Below, piece by piece: positions 36,458 to 46,546 of a stretch of 64,000 nucleotides of DNA. The stretch's first letter is position 1, and every line of letters starts with the position of its first letter. A program made the position numbers and the translations under genes. The notes under the pieces were generated by a model that worked only from the letters and a program-made list of their open reading frames with translations, had not been told where the DNA came from and made no database searches. This stretch comes from Lachnospiraceae bacterium (GTDB lineage: Bacteria > Bacillota > Clostridia > Lachnospirales > Lachnospiraceae): NCBI GenBank assembly GCA_900770345.1, contig CAAGKF010000073.1:529-64528 (forward strand), written 5' to 3'.

Positions 36458-37843
36458 TTACTTGGAAGCCATAATGGAATTGCCCTGCTCATACAGCTGA
36501 GTACCGGCATCCTCTGCCGTCATCTCACCGTAGCACACCTGCTCTTCCATCTTGTTCAGAAGGTCATTTACCTCGCTGGAGCCGTTGGCTGCCGGAGGAT
36601 TGATCTGAGAAGATACGGGCTCTACCACATCATAAACAAACTTGATAACCTGCTGGCTGTTCTCATCCATGTTGGGAGAAATTGCCTCTGCTACTTCACT
36701 GGACAGCGGGATTCCGCGCTCGCCCAACAGGATATTGTTGCACTCTACGGAGTTGGTAATAAAGTCCAGAACCTTTGCGGCCTCTTCCGGATTCTTGGAA
36801 TCAGCTGTAATTGCAAAGAACTGGCTGGGCTTCAGGTAATCAGACTTTGCGGGATCCTTGGACGGCCAGGTGGTAATGCCGATCTCCATGCCCTCCGGAG
36901 CCGCGTTCTTCATTGCGGTAAACTGATTGGAGTAGTTAAATGCGCACCAGGACATAGTCTCCGGGCTGGAGCCGTATACCATAGGATCCTGCTCTACGGA
37001 ACCGATGGTCCTCTCGGCAAATACGGAAGGATCCAGATGCCAGCCGTCCTTGATGCCGTCCTCATAAAGCTTTAAGTACTCGATGTAAGGAGCCGCAGAA
37101 TCGCCGCCCAGCTTACCGTCCTGGAACATTACAATATCGTCAGCTCTCAGATAATACTCAATAAAATTCTCGCCGTTGTTGTAGGCAATATTTGTCTTGT
37201 AACCTGTTTTTTCATTAACCTCCTTGCAGAGAGCAATGAACTCATCCATGGTCATATTGTCTTTTACGGTAATACCGTTCTCATCCAGCAGAGTCTTATT
37301 GTAAAGAAGAGCCGGAGTATTGATTCCGTTGCAGATAGCGTAAAGTCCGTCGCCTACCTTTCCTGAATTCAGAACATCCTGGTTGCAGTTTGCGGTGTCG
37401 ATCACACCGCTTTCAATATAAGGTGTCAGATCTACCAGCAGATTGTTCTCTACATACTGATTGATGTACTTGTAGTCCATCTGAACGATATCAGGCATGG
37501 AATGTCCTGCTGCCGCTGTTGCCAGCTTGTTCCAGTAATCAGCCCATTCGGAGAACTGGCCGTCAAAGGTTATACCCGGGTTCTGCTCAGAATACAGATC
37601 CAGGATCTGCTGGGTGCGCTCATTTCTGGTCTGGTTCCCCCACCATGCCATCACAAGCTCTGCGGAACCGCTGCTGCCCTCGCTGGACTGTGCGGAGCCC
37701 TCTGCCTTTTCCCCTGCTGTCTCAGCCGCCTGTGCAGCTGCTTTCGTTGCTGCTTCTGTGGCCGCCTCCTGTTTGGATCCGCAGCCTGCCAGTGATGTCA
37801 CTGCCAGTGCCACTGCCAGCGCAGCTGTTAATTTTTTCTTCAT
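36458..37843 (-). CDS. Carbohydrate ABC transporter solute-binding lipoprotein
   Basis: Lipobox LAGC, Ala/Glu linker, MAWWGN, PDIVQMD. Confidence 0.92.
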   Translation of the reverse strand: MKKKLTAALAVALAVTSLAGCGSKQEAATEAATKAAAQAAETAGEKAEGSAQSSEGSSGSAELVMAWWGNQTRNERTQQILDLYSEQNPGITFDGQFSEWADYWNKLATAAAGHSMPDIVQMDYKYINQYVENNLLVDLTPYIESGVIDTANCNQDVLNSGKVGDGLYAICNGINTPALLYNKTLLDENGITVKDNMTMDEFIALCKEVNEKTGYKTNIAYNNGENFIEYYLRADDIVMFQDGKLGGDSAAPYIEYLKLYEDGIKDGWHLDPSVFAERTIGSVEQDPMVYGSSPETMSWCAFNYSNQFTAMKNAAPEGMEIGITTWPSKDPAKSDYLKPSQFFAITADSKNPEEAAKVLDFITNSVECNNILLGERGIPLSSEVAEAISPNMDENSQQVIKFVYDVVEPVSSQINPPAANGSSEVNDLLNKMEEQVCYGEMTAEDAGTQLYEQGNSIMASK

Positions 37844-37909
37844 AAAACCTTACCTCCTCGTAATGTTGATAAACGAATTATAGCATTTCCCAATTTCAGG
37901 GCGTGATAG

Positions 37910-38839
37910 TTAAAACAGACTTGTTCGTTTAAAAAACAGACCTGCGGCATTTTCATAGCAGATCTTTTTCTTTTCCTCACCGGTAAGCTGCGGGCTTTCC
38001 AGAATATAATCCGTCAGATGGCGATAGGAATCCTCCTTTAAGACAGAGGGAAAATCGGATCCGTACATCAGTTTCTCCGTTCCCGCGATCTCCATTCCCA
38101 GCTTCAGATAGTGCAGTGCGTTGGGATAGGGGTATTCATCAGGACGGCAGTTGTGAGGCATGGCGGCCAGATCAAACCATACATTGGGCAGTGCCAGCTG
38201 CTTTAATCCCCAGGCAAGCTTGTCCTCATCCTTCATGGAAACTGCAAGCAGATGACAGACGACAAATTTCATCTGCGGGTGATTCAATATCACTCTGCGC
38301 AGAGCCTCCACCTGCCAGCTTTCGCTTCCGCACTTTCCGATATCAATCACGAAAATCAGACCGTGCTCATCGGCATAATCATATTCCTTCTCCATGAGCT
38401 CCCCGTCCAGCGGCAGCGTAGCATGGCTGCTCATCAGACCGGAACCTGTGCTGACCTCAAACTTTACAACAGGAAATCCCAGATCTTCAAAAAGATGGCG
38501 GCGGATATCCTTATAATTCCGGCAGAAGGGATCATAGGAAGCCGCTCCCACCAAACGGTCCGGATATTTCTTTACAGCATCCCAGGTATAAAGATTTTGG
38601 AAACCGAAATAATTTCCCTGGAGCAGAACTGCTTTTTCTACTTCATTTTCATCCATCATGGCAATCAGATCCTCCGGCGTTACCTGACCGCAGGCATACT
38701 CCGGGGGCAGCATCTGAAACTCTTCCCCGGAAGCGTATCTGGCTCTTCCGTTTCCCGCAAATCTCAGCTCACCGCCGGCTCCCGTGCCCGCTATATACTG
38801 TACAATATGTGCATGTGCATCAATAATTTTCATGATCAT
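37910..38839 (-). CDS. Amidohydrolase-2 family metallohydrolase
   Basis: IIDAHAH, VVCHL, MYGSDFP. Confidence 0.85.
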   Translation of the reverse strand: MIMKIIDAHAHIVQYIAGTGAGGELRFAGNGRARYASGEEFQMLPPEYACGQVTPEDLIAMMDENEVEKAVLLQGNYFGFQNLYTWDAVKKYPDRLVGAASYDPFCRNYKDIRRHLFEDLGFPVVKFEVSTGSGLMSSHATLPLDGELMEKEYDYADEHGLIFVIDIGKCGSESWQVEALRRVILNHPQMKFVVCHLLAVSMKDEDKLAWGLKQLALPNVWFDLAAMPHNCRPDEYPYPNALHYLKLGMEIAGTEKLMYGSDFPSVLKEDSYRHLTDYILESPQLTGEEKKKICYENAAGLFFKRTSLF

Positions 38840-39005
38840 ACTCCTCCTTCTTCTCTTTTTTTATTGTAATATCCGAACTGCAAAATAGATATGAAATAAA
38901 CCGGCATCTTTCTTCAAAAAACTGACTTGTTTTTCTGATGCGATTGCATTCTTTGCCAAATTTCTTATAATTAATTGTAATATTAAAAGAAAGGCATCCT
39001 TTTTC

Positions 39006-40784
39006 ATGAAACATAAATTGAAACAGATCCCGGGAAAACTGCGCAAAAGGTACGCAGACAGCTCTCTGCGCTATAAACTGATCGCCATCGCTTTGTTTAA
39101 CAGCATCACCATCACCATATGCGCGCTGTTCGGCTACCGGCTGTACACGTCCGCCTACGAACACCTTCTGTTCAAGGCCACAGCAGGCAATCTGTCCCTT
39201 ACTTCTTATAAAATATCGGAACAGCTTGAAAATATGGAATCTCTTTCCTCCCTGGTCATCTCCTCCTCTGTAATCCAGGCTTCTCTGAGCCGGCTGATGG
39301 ATTCGGACGATGTGCTGGTACGGTCAGAGAATCATAAGATCTTAAACTCGGCACTTCAGGACTACTATACCTCCTTTCGTTTAAACGGGATCGCTTACCT
39401 GGCTCTGTACAACAGTCAGTTTACTAACTGCACCAACTGGGCGCTTCTTAATAAAACCAATCCGGAGCTTCTGTCCGCAGCCAGAGAAAACGGAATCCGC
39501 CGCCAGGGCGCGGTCACCTGGACCTACTACTCCCGCAATGACTACATGTGTTTAAGCCGTGATGTCCGCCGGATCAAAAATATGTCTCTGGATTCCATCG
39601 GCGAGCTGGTGATCGGAGTGGATATGAACGCCGTGGTGACAGAGGCCACCCGGTCGCTGTCCATGTACCAGGATCTGAACTTCATCCTTACGGACAGTCA
39701 GAACAGACTGATCTATGCTTCCGACAGTCTCTCCGACGAGGATGCCATGTTTTTTCTGTCCAGAATGCAGGATCCCTACGAGACCATTTCCTATAACGGC
39801 CATGACTACTTTGCCGTATGGGGCACGCTTCCCAATTACCAGTACAAATACATTACGCTGGCACCCTTTGATGAGATATCAGATTCCCTGCGCCTGTCCC
39901 TGCGGATTACGGCCCTCTTCTTCATCGCCGGCTTTGCCCTGATCCTGTTTTTATCCAACTGGCTGATCCGTGTGATCATGAAGCAGTTCAACGCGCTCAT
40001 CGACAAGATGGAGGCCTTCACAAACAATGAGCTGGTGCTGCCTGATGAGGAAGACCGCTACAGCTCCCAGAAGGATGAGATCGGCACCCTGCACCGCCAG
40101 TTCAATCTGATGGCCCGGCGGATCCAGAACCTGATCCAGGTAAACTATGTAAATGAGATCCTGACAAAAGAGGCTCAGCTCAAAGCTCTGAAGTCTCAGA
40201 TCAATCCTCATTTCCTCTACAACACCCTGGAAACCATCAACTGGAGAGCAAAGGCTGTGGGAAACGACACCATTTCCCTGATGGCGGAATCCCTGGGGAC
40301 GCTGCTGAGGGCTTCCCTTTCCAACAAGAAATCCCTTGTAACCCTGTCCTATGAGCTGGAGCTGGCAAAGTCTTACATGACCATCCAGAAGATCCGCTTC
40401 GAAGACCGGCTGGCCTACGAAACGGATATAGACGCTTCTCTCCTTTCCGGTTCCATCCCACCGCTGACGATTCAGCCTCTGGTGGAAAATGCCATTCATT
40501 ACGGTATGGAAGAGATGACAGAGGTCTGTCACATCTATGTGGACGCGCGCCCAAAGGAGGGACTGATGTGCATCACTGTCCGGAATGAAGGCTCCTATTT
40601 TGAGGACAATCTTCTGGAAAAGCTGCGGACGGAGGAAAAAGCCCCAAACGGCTTCGGGATCGGTCTTTTAAACATTGATCAGCGCATCCGGCTGCTGTTC
40701 GGCGATTCTTACGGACTGACCCTGTCCAACGAAAATGGTTTTGCCACAGCTTCCATTATCTTACCTTTTCAGACAGAGGAGTAA
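39006..40784 (+). CDS. YesM-type sensor histidine kinase
   Basis: Two TM segments, HAMP (DEIG), LKSQINPHFLYNTLE, QPLVENAI, GIGL. Confidence 0.93.
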   Translation: MKHKLKQIPGKLRKRYADSSLRYKLIAIALFNSITITICALFGYRLYTSAYEHLLFKATAGNLSLTSYKISEQLENMESLSSLVISSSVIQASLSRLMDSDDVLVRSENHKILNSALQDYYTSFRLNGIAYLALYNSQFTNCTNWALLNKTNPELLSAARENGIRRQGAVTWTYYSRNDYMCLSRDVRRIKNMSLDSIGELVIGVDMNAVVTEATRSLSMYQDLNFILTDSQNRLIYASDSLSDEDAMFFLSRMQDPYETISYNGHDYFAVWGTLPNYQYKYITLAPFDEISDSLRLSLRITALFFIAGFALILFLSNWLIRVIMKQFNALIDKMEAFTNNELVLPDEEDRYSSQKDEIGTLHRQFNLMARRIQNLIQVNYVNEILTKEAQLKALKSQINPHFLYNTLETINWRAKAVGNDTISLMAESLGTLLRASLSNKKSLVTLSYELELAKSYMTIQKIRFEDRLAYETDIDASLLSGSIPPLTIQPLVENAIHYGMEEMTEVCHIYVDARPKEGLMCITVRNEGSYFEDNLLEKLRTEEKAPNGFGIGLLNIDQRIRLLFGDSYGLTLSNENGFATASIILPFQTEE

Positions 40785-40790
40785 ATTTAA

Positions 40791-42308
40791 ATGCTGAAAT
40801 TACTGATTGCAGACGACGAACGTATTATTCGTGAAACCATATCCACCATCATCGACTGGAAAAAATACGATATCGAGGTGACGGGCCTCTGCTCCAACGG
40901 CATCGAGGCCTATGATATGATCCTGGACGAATCCCCGGATATCGTCCTTACCGATATCCGTATGCCGGGTATGAGCGGCCTGGAGCTGATCAAAAAAATC
41001 AGCCAGACGGATCTTCATACTCAGTTTATCATCCTCTCAGGCTACGGCGAATTCGAGTATGCCAAAGAAGCCATGAAATACGGCGTGCGCCATTATATCT
41101 TAAAGCCCTGCAATGAGCTGCAGATCCTGGACTGTGTCAACCAGTGCAAAAAGGATTACAGCCAGCTTCTGACAGACCGCAACATGCGAAAACAGCAGTT
41201 CCAGCTCCAGAGCGGCATGCTCCACAATGTCATATCCTCCATCCTCAATGACCGCCTGTGCCAGAGCTGTTCCCTGGAGGAGATCCTGCCCAAATATGAA
41301 CAGTATATTGACTTTCATTTTACGTCCTACCGGCTGTTCTACATCTATTTTCTGGAGTATGAAAGCCTGCCGGAATTTCTGGAGCTTTTAAAGTCCTACC
41401 GGGACCGTTACCTGCCCCAGGTGATCATCTACGGAGCCTATGTAAACCATACGCTGCTGCTGTTTCTGCAGGATATCGGAAGCCATTTAAACGGCCTGGA
41501 ACAGTTCATTTCCCGGATCCGGCTTTCCGGTCAGAAGATCGAAACGGAATTTGAATCCTGCTCCTACTCCTCCTTAAAGGAGCTGCTGGCCGTAGTTCTG
41601 GAAAAGCTGAAGCGTTTCAGCATGATCTACTACATCAATGATTTCCATATCACCTTCACCTGCAATTACAATACCTTCATCTCCCGCATCCAGGCTCTCT
41701 ACGAGGATATCCGGGGCGGGGACACAGAAAAGCTGCAGCAGGTGGCGGAGCTTCTGGACGGCATCAACAATGTGGAATTTTTAAAACAGCTGGCCGGAAG
41801 TCTTTTCCTGAAGCTGACCGCCGATCTGCCTTCCCTCTCCACCTTTGAACTGGCAGAGTGGCTGCTGGAGCTGGACAGGGAGGCAGACCCGGTGGATCTG
41901 AAAAATATGATCATCCAGAAGCTCCTTACCTTTTTAAATACGGTACAGGCAGAAGCTCCCGTCAGCTCCATGACCCAGCAGATCTATAATTATGTGGAGG
42001 AGAATCTTCAGGATTCCAACCTGACCTTAAAATATATTGCGGAAAACCATCTGTTTATGAACGTGGATTATGTCAGCAAGAAATTCTATAAAGAAACTGG
42101 GCAGAAATTTTCCCAGTATCTTACAAAAATGCGGATCAAGCGGGCCAAGAAACTGATCGCCGAAAACAGCCAGGAGGCGATCAAGGTCATCGCCGAGCAG
42201 GTGGGCTGCGGCAACAATCCCCAGTATTTTTCCCAGCTTTTTAAAAAGCAGACAGGCATGACACCCACTGATTATATCAGTACGTTAAACAGCCGCCCCG
42301 CGCAGTAA
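40791..42308 (+). CDS. YesN-type response regulator (receiver + AraC HTH)
   Basis: IADDE, TDIRMP, C-terminal IAEQVG..QYFSQLFKKQTGMTP. Confidence 0.93.
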   Translation: MLKLLIADDERIIRETISTIIDWKKYDIEVTGLCSNGIEAYDMILDESPDIVLTDIRMPGMSGLELIKKISQTDLHTQFIILSGYGEFEYAKEAMKYGVRHYILKPCNELQILDCVNQCKKDYSQLLTDRNMRKQQFQLQSGMLHNVISSILNDRLCQSCSLEEILPKYEQYIDFHFTSYRLFYIYFLEYESLPEFLELLKSYRDRYLPQVIIYGAYVNHTLLLFLQDIGSHLNGLEQFISRIRLSGQKIETEFESCSYSSLKELLAVVLEKLKRFSMIYYINDFHITFTCNYNTFISRIQALYEDIRGGDTEKLQQVAELLDGINNVEFLKQLAGSLFLKLTADLPSLSTFELAEWLLELDREADPVDLKNMIIQKLLTFLNTVQAEAPVSSMTQQIYNYVEENLQDSNLTLKYIAENHLFMNVDYVSKKFYKETGQKFSQYLTKMRIKRAKKLIAENSQEAIKVIAEQVGCGNNPQYFSQLFKKQTGMTPTDYISTLNSRPAQ

Positions 42309-42328
42309 ACACTGCGGGGACGGCTGTT
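42288..42328. terminator. Stem-loop between the convergent response regulator and MATE genes
   Basis: AACAGCCGCCCCGCGCAGT-AAAC-ACTGCGGGGACGGCTGTT. Confidence 0.65.
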
Positions 42329-42351
42329 CCCGTTTCCGGTGTCATTTTCTT

Positions 42352-43674
42352 TTATTTTACAGCCACCGCTCTCTTTTCAAATCCCCGGAATCTGCCGGCA
42401 AAAACGACCGCACGGAAAAACCAGTCTATAAACATGCCATACCATACTCCCAGAATTCCGATATCCCACACGCATACAAACAGGTAGGCAAAGCCGATCC
42501 GGAAGGCCCACATGGAAAATACCGAAATCAGCATGGTGAATTTGGCGTCCATAGAGGCCCGCAGCGCATGAGGGATAACAAAGGCCACCGGCCATATAAT
42601 CATGGCCGCGCTGTGAGCCCGGATCAGTCCCTGAGCCATAACGGCGGCTTCTGCAGACAGATTGTAGATGCTGACAAAAAATCCCGCTCCAAGGGCCATG
42701 GAAGTGCTGAGCACTGCCAGGATCCCGTAATCCAGTGCTACCAGCAATTTTGTGTATTTTTTGGCCTCCTTCATCCTTCCGGCTCCCACACACTGACCCA
42801 CAATGGTAATAAGCCCCAGTCCCAGCGCGTTTCCGGGAAGGTACAGGATCGTCACCAGATTGCTGGCCACTGCATAACTGGCAATGGAAGCAGTGCCCAG
42901 GGACGATACCAGACTCTGAAGTGAGATCTTTCCAAACTGGAAAATACCGCTTTCCAGCCCCGCCGGAACTCCGATGGACAGAATATTTTTTATCATTCTC
43001 CCCTCCGGCGCCAGATCCTTCAAGCTGCTGATGCGGATCGTATTGTTCCGGTTCTGGATCAGAACCAGCATCATGCCTGCTGCGATCATACGGCTTATGA
43101 GGGTGGGAACCGCCACGCCGGCCACTCCCATTTTCAGGCCGAAAACGCAGACGGCATTACCCGCCACATTGATTCCGTTCATGATGAAGGAGGTAAACAT
43201 GGACACCCTGGAATTTCCCATGGAACGAAACAGAGCCGTACAGGCGTTATACAAGCCGATAAAGGGATAGGATAAGGCAGTGATCCAGAAGTAGATCTGC
43301 GCATTATCCATGACCGCCTGCTCCACCTTTCCGAAGATAGCTCCGAGAAGATGACGGTTTCCCAGAAGCGCGACCGCCGTAATTCCCAGAGACAGCGCCA
43401 GTGTGGACGTTACCAGCTGCCCTGCCGCCTTTCCGGCATTTTCCGGCTGCTGTTTTCCCAGATACTGGGCAGATATTACGGCTCCTCCCGTTGCCAGCGC
43501 CCCCATGATCTGAATAATAAGAATGCTGATCGAATCAACCAGTGCCACCCCCGAAACAGCCGTTTCCCCTACGGCCGCTACCATAGCTACATCCACCATT
43601 CCCACCAGCACCGTCATCACCTGTTCGATGATCAGCGGTGCCAGCAGCTTGATCAGCTGTTTTCTGGTAAACAT
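42352..43674 (-). CDS. MATE family efflux transporter
   Basis: Multi-TM; LVGMVDVAMV, FRSMGNS, GVAGVAVPT. Confidence 0.9.
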   Translation of the reverse strand: MFTRKQLIKLLAPLIIEQVMTVLVGMVDVAMVAAVGETAVSGVALVDSISILIIQIMGALATGGAVISAQYLGKQQPENAGKAAGQLVTSTLALSLGITAVALLGNRHLLGAIFGKVEQAVMDNAQIYFWITALSYPFIGLYNACTALFRSMGNSRVSMFTSFIMNGINVAGNAVCVFGLKMGVAGVAVPTLISRMIAAGMMLVLIQNRNNTIRISSLKDLAPEGRMIKNILSIGVPAGLESGIFQFGKISLQSLVSSLGTASIASYAVASNLVTILYLPGNALGLGLITIVGQCVGAGRMKEAKKYTKLLVALDYGILAVLSTSMALGAGFFVSIYNLSAEAAVMAQGLIRAHSAAMIIWPVAFVIPHALRASMDAKFTMLISVFSMWAFRIGFAYLFVCVWDIGILGVWYGMFIDWFFRAVVFAGRFRGFEKRAVAVK

Positions 43675-43695
43675 TTGTATCTGTCCTCTTTCCTC

Positions 43696-45033
43696 TTATA
43701 AAATCTCGTAATTTCCCTGGCCCAGAGCCCTGGTGCAGGAACCAAAAAACAGCCCCGCCACACGGATCAGGTCGCAGGTATCATAAATTCCCGCCGTTTC
43801 ATAGGGAGAATGCATCGCCAGCTGCGGAAGTCCGATATCCACCGTATTTAATGAAACATGGGCGTTGGACAGATTTCCAAGAGTAGAACCGCCAGCAATA
43901 TCGGAGCGGTTGGCAAAGGTCTGATAAGAAACCCCCGCCCTCCTGCACAGCGTTTTAAACAGGGCCGCCGATACGGCATCTGTAGTATACTTCTGATTGG
44001 CGTTGTATTTTATGACGATCCCCTGATTCATATAGGGCCGGTTGGTGGGATCCGCCTTATCCGACTTATTGGGATGGACTGCATGGGCATTGTCCGCCGA
44101 GATCATAAAGCTTGAGGCAAGTGCCATCAGATATTCTTCCTCACTGCGGCCTGCCGCCTGATTGATCCGGCGCAGGGTATCCTCCAGAAATGTGGAATCC
44201 GCTCCCTGTTTTGTGAGACTTCCCACCTCTTCATTGTCAAATACGGCATGAACGGGAACACACTCCGGATGACTGCCCGTTAAAAAGCCCTTCAGAGACG
44301 CAAAAGCACACTGCAGATCATCCAGACGGCCGCAGGATACAAACTCCTCCGAACCTCCCCAGATGCTTCCCGGCATTCTGTTGTACAGAAACAGGTCATG
44401 GCTCAGAATATCCTCCGCCTTCACCCCGGCGCTTTCCGCCACTGTTCTCAGGAAGGTTCCCTTGTCCTCTGCTCCTCCGTAGAGAGGAAGCATATCCACC
44501 TGGGGATTATATTTGTATCCGTCATTGACCTCCCGGTTCATATGGATCGCTAGATTGGGAATCATCACCAGATCCCGATCCACCTTCACCAGCCTGGAGA
44601 TCAGACGTCCGTTCTCCTCCACCACAAGTCTTCCTGCCACAGAAAGCGGACGGTCAAACCAGGGAGCACACAGCATGCCTCCGTATTTTTCCACATTCAG
44701 TCTGATGTACTGTCCCTCCGACTCCATTTCCGGATTCTCCTTGATCTTAAAGGTGGGCGAATCACTGTGGCTGGAAAGAATATGGAAGCTGTTAAACTTC
44801 CCGGAAGGCAGGCGGAAAGCGATCAGAGAGGACTGGTTTCTCACCACATAATAGTTTCCCCCTTCTTTCAGCTTCCAGGCTTCCTCCTCGCGAAGCTCTT
44901 CAAAGCCCTCCCTTTCCAGGATCTGTGCCATATTGGCCACAGCATGGAAACAGGTGGGACTCTTCTCCAGAAAATCAATTAATTCCTCTGCCACTGAACG
45001 GCAGGCAGCTCTGTCTCTGTCCATATGTTGCAA
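43696..45033 (-). CDS. M18 family aminopeptidase
   Basis: SPTCFHAV, HSDSP, RLDDL, DNEEVGS, SADNAHAVHP, AMHS. Confidence 0.93.
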   Translation of the reverse strand: MQHMDRDRAACRSVAEELIDFLEKSPTCFHAVANMAQILEREGFEELREEEAWKLKEGGNYYVVRNQSSLIAFRLPSGKFNSFHILSSHSDSPTFKIKENPEMESEGQYIRLNVEKYGGMLCAPWFDRPLSVAGRLVVEENGRLISRLVKVDRDLVMIPNLAIHMNREVNDGYKYNPQVDMLPLYGGAEDKGTFLRTVAESAGVKAEDILSHDLFLYNRMPGSIWGGSEEFVSCGRLDDLQCAFASLKGFLTGSHPECVPVHAVFDNEEVGSLTKQGADSTFLEDTLRRINQAAGRSEEEYLMALASSFMISADNAHAVHPNKSDKADPTNRPYMNQGIVIKYNANQKYTTDAVSAALFKTLCRRAGVSYQTFANRSDIAGGSTLGNLSNAHVSLNTVDIGLPQLAMHSPYETAGIYDTCDLIRVAGLFFGSCTRALGQGNYEIL

Positions 45034-45113
45034 TTATCTCCTTTCCAGTCTGTTGTTCTCACTGTACCCCCAGAGAACAGAGGGATACCCGTTTTATCCG
45101 CTGAGAGTAACGT

Positions 45114-46544
45114 TTATTTATCCTTCAGATGATTTACTGCCTGGGAAAGCTTCATGCTGTTGGAACCCTTAAACAGCACGCAGTCCCCTTCCCTCAGATT
45201 CCGATCCAGCCACTTGTTGACTTCTTCCAGACTGTCACAGTATATCGGAGCCCGAAGAGAATCCCCCTCTTCCATTCCCCGACCGATCTCTCTCGCCAGC
45301 TCTCCCAGCAGAACCACCTGATCCGCCGGATGAGCCCTCAGATAGGCACCGATCTCATAATGAAATCCGGGTGAATCCGGTCCCAGCTCCTTCATATCAG
45401 CCAGAACCGCGATCTTCCGACTGCTGCCCTCAATAGAGTTCAGCACCTCCAGACCTGCCTTCATGGAGGCCGGACTGGCATTGTAGCTGTCATCGATCAC
45501 CTGGATCCCCTTTATCTGAAACATCTGCTGGCGCCCTCTGTAGCCTTCAAACTCCGCCAGCTTTGCTGCAGCCCTGTCCATGGAGATCCCGTATGTATGA
45601 GCCACCGCCAGAGCAGCCAGAGCATTGCTGACCATATGCCGTCCCATTACACGTAGCCGCACAGATGTCCTCTCCTCCTTATGAACAGCTGTAAATACAG
45701 GGTAGCCGTTTTCCAGATGCAGGTTCTCTCCCCGGTAATCACAGTTCTCTTCCAGACCGTAAAACACAGTCCGGCGGCCGTCCTCCGGCCTTACCTGACT
45801 CAGCAGGGGATCATCCCCGTTTAAAAACAGGCATCCGCCAGGATCCATACCGTCCTGAATATGCAGCTTTTCCTTTAAAATGTTTTCCTGAGAGCCCAAC
45901 TGCTCAATATGGGCAACGCCGATGTTGGTCATAACGGCACAGCTTACCCGGGCCACCCGGGCAATTCTGGTCATCTCCCCCGGCTCACTCATGCCCAGCT
46001 CAATGACGCCGATCCCCGCGTCCTCCGGTATCTCAGAAATGGTAATGGGAACGCCCACCTGACTGTTGCTGTTTCCCGGCGTTTTATATACATTGTAACC
46101 GGCGCTCAGTGCGGCAGCCACCATCTCCCTGGTGGTAGTCTTTCCCACACTCCCCGTAATTCCCACAAGAGGCAGTGACAGGCGTCCTCTCAAAAAGCTT
46201 CCGAAGGCCTGAAGAGCGGCTTTTGTATCTTCCACCTGAATCCAGGCAGCTTTCAGAGCCTTCTCACCGGCCTCTGCATCTTCTCCCGCCTGAATCCGTA
46301 CAGCCTCCCTCACCTCTTCCTCTGTGTGATGGCGGCTGGTAAATACGGTGCAGGCTCCCTGCTTTACAGCCTGACAGATAAAGGAATGGGCATCCACCCT
46401 CTCTCCTATGACAGGTACAAACAGATCGTCACCCTTCATATTCCTGGAATCCAGACTGATATGCCGGATGGGCGTGTCTGCAGAACCCAGAAGTATTCTT
46501 CCTCCCGATGCTTTTGCTGCATCTGCTGCTGTGATATGTTCCAT
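45114..46544 (-). CDS. murF: UDP-MurNAc-tripeptide--D-Ala-D-Ala ligase
   Basis: ITGSVGKTTT, ELGMS, DDSYNASP, KGS. Confidence 0.94.
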   Translation of the reverse strand: MEHITAADAAKASGGRILLGSADTPIRHISLDSRNMKGDDLFVPVIGERVDAHSFICQAVKQGACTVFTSRHHTEEEVREAVRIQAGEDAEAGEKALKAAWIQVEDTKAALQAFGSFLRGRLSLPLVGITGSVGKTTTREMVAAALSAGYNVYKTPGNSNSQVGVPITISEIPEDAGIGVIELGMSEPGEMTRIARVARVSCAVMTNIGVAHIEQLGSQENILKEKLHIQDGMDPGGCLFLNGDDPLLSQVRPEDGRRTVFYGLEENCDYRGENLHLENGYPVFTAVHKEERTSVRLRVMGRHMVSNALAALAVAHTYGISMDRAAAKLAEFEGYRGRQQMFQIKGIQVIDDSYNASPASMKAGLEVLNSIEGSSRKIAVLADMKELGPDSPGFHYEIGAYLRAHPADQVVLLGELAREIGRGMEEGDSLRAPIYCDSLEEVNKWLDRNLREGDCVLFKGSNSMKLSQAVNHLKDK

Positions 46545-46546
46545 GA

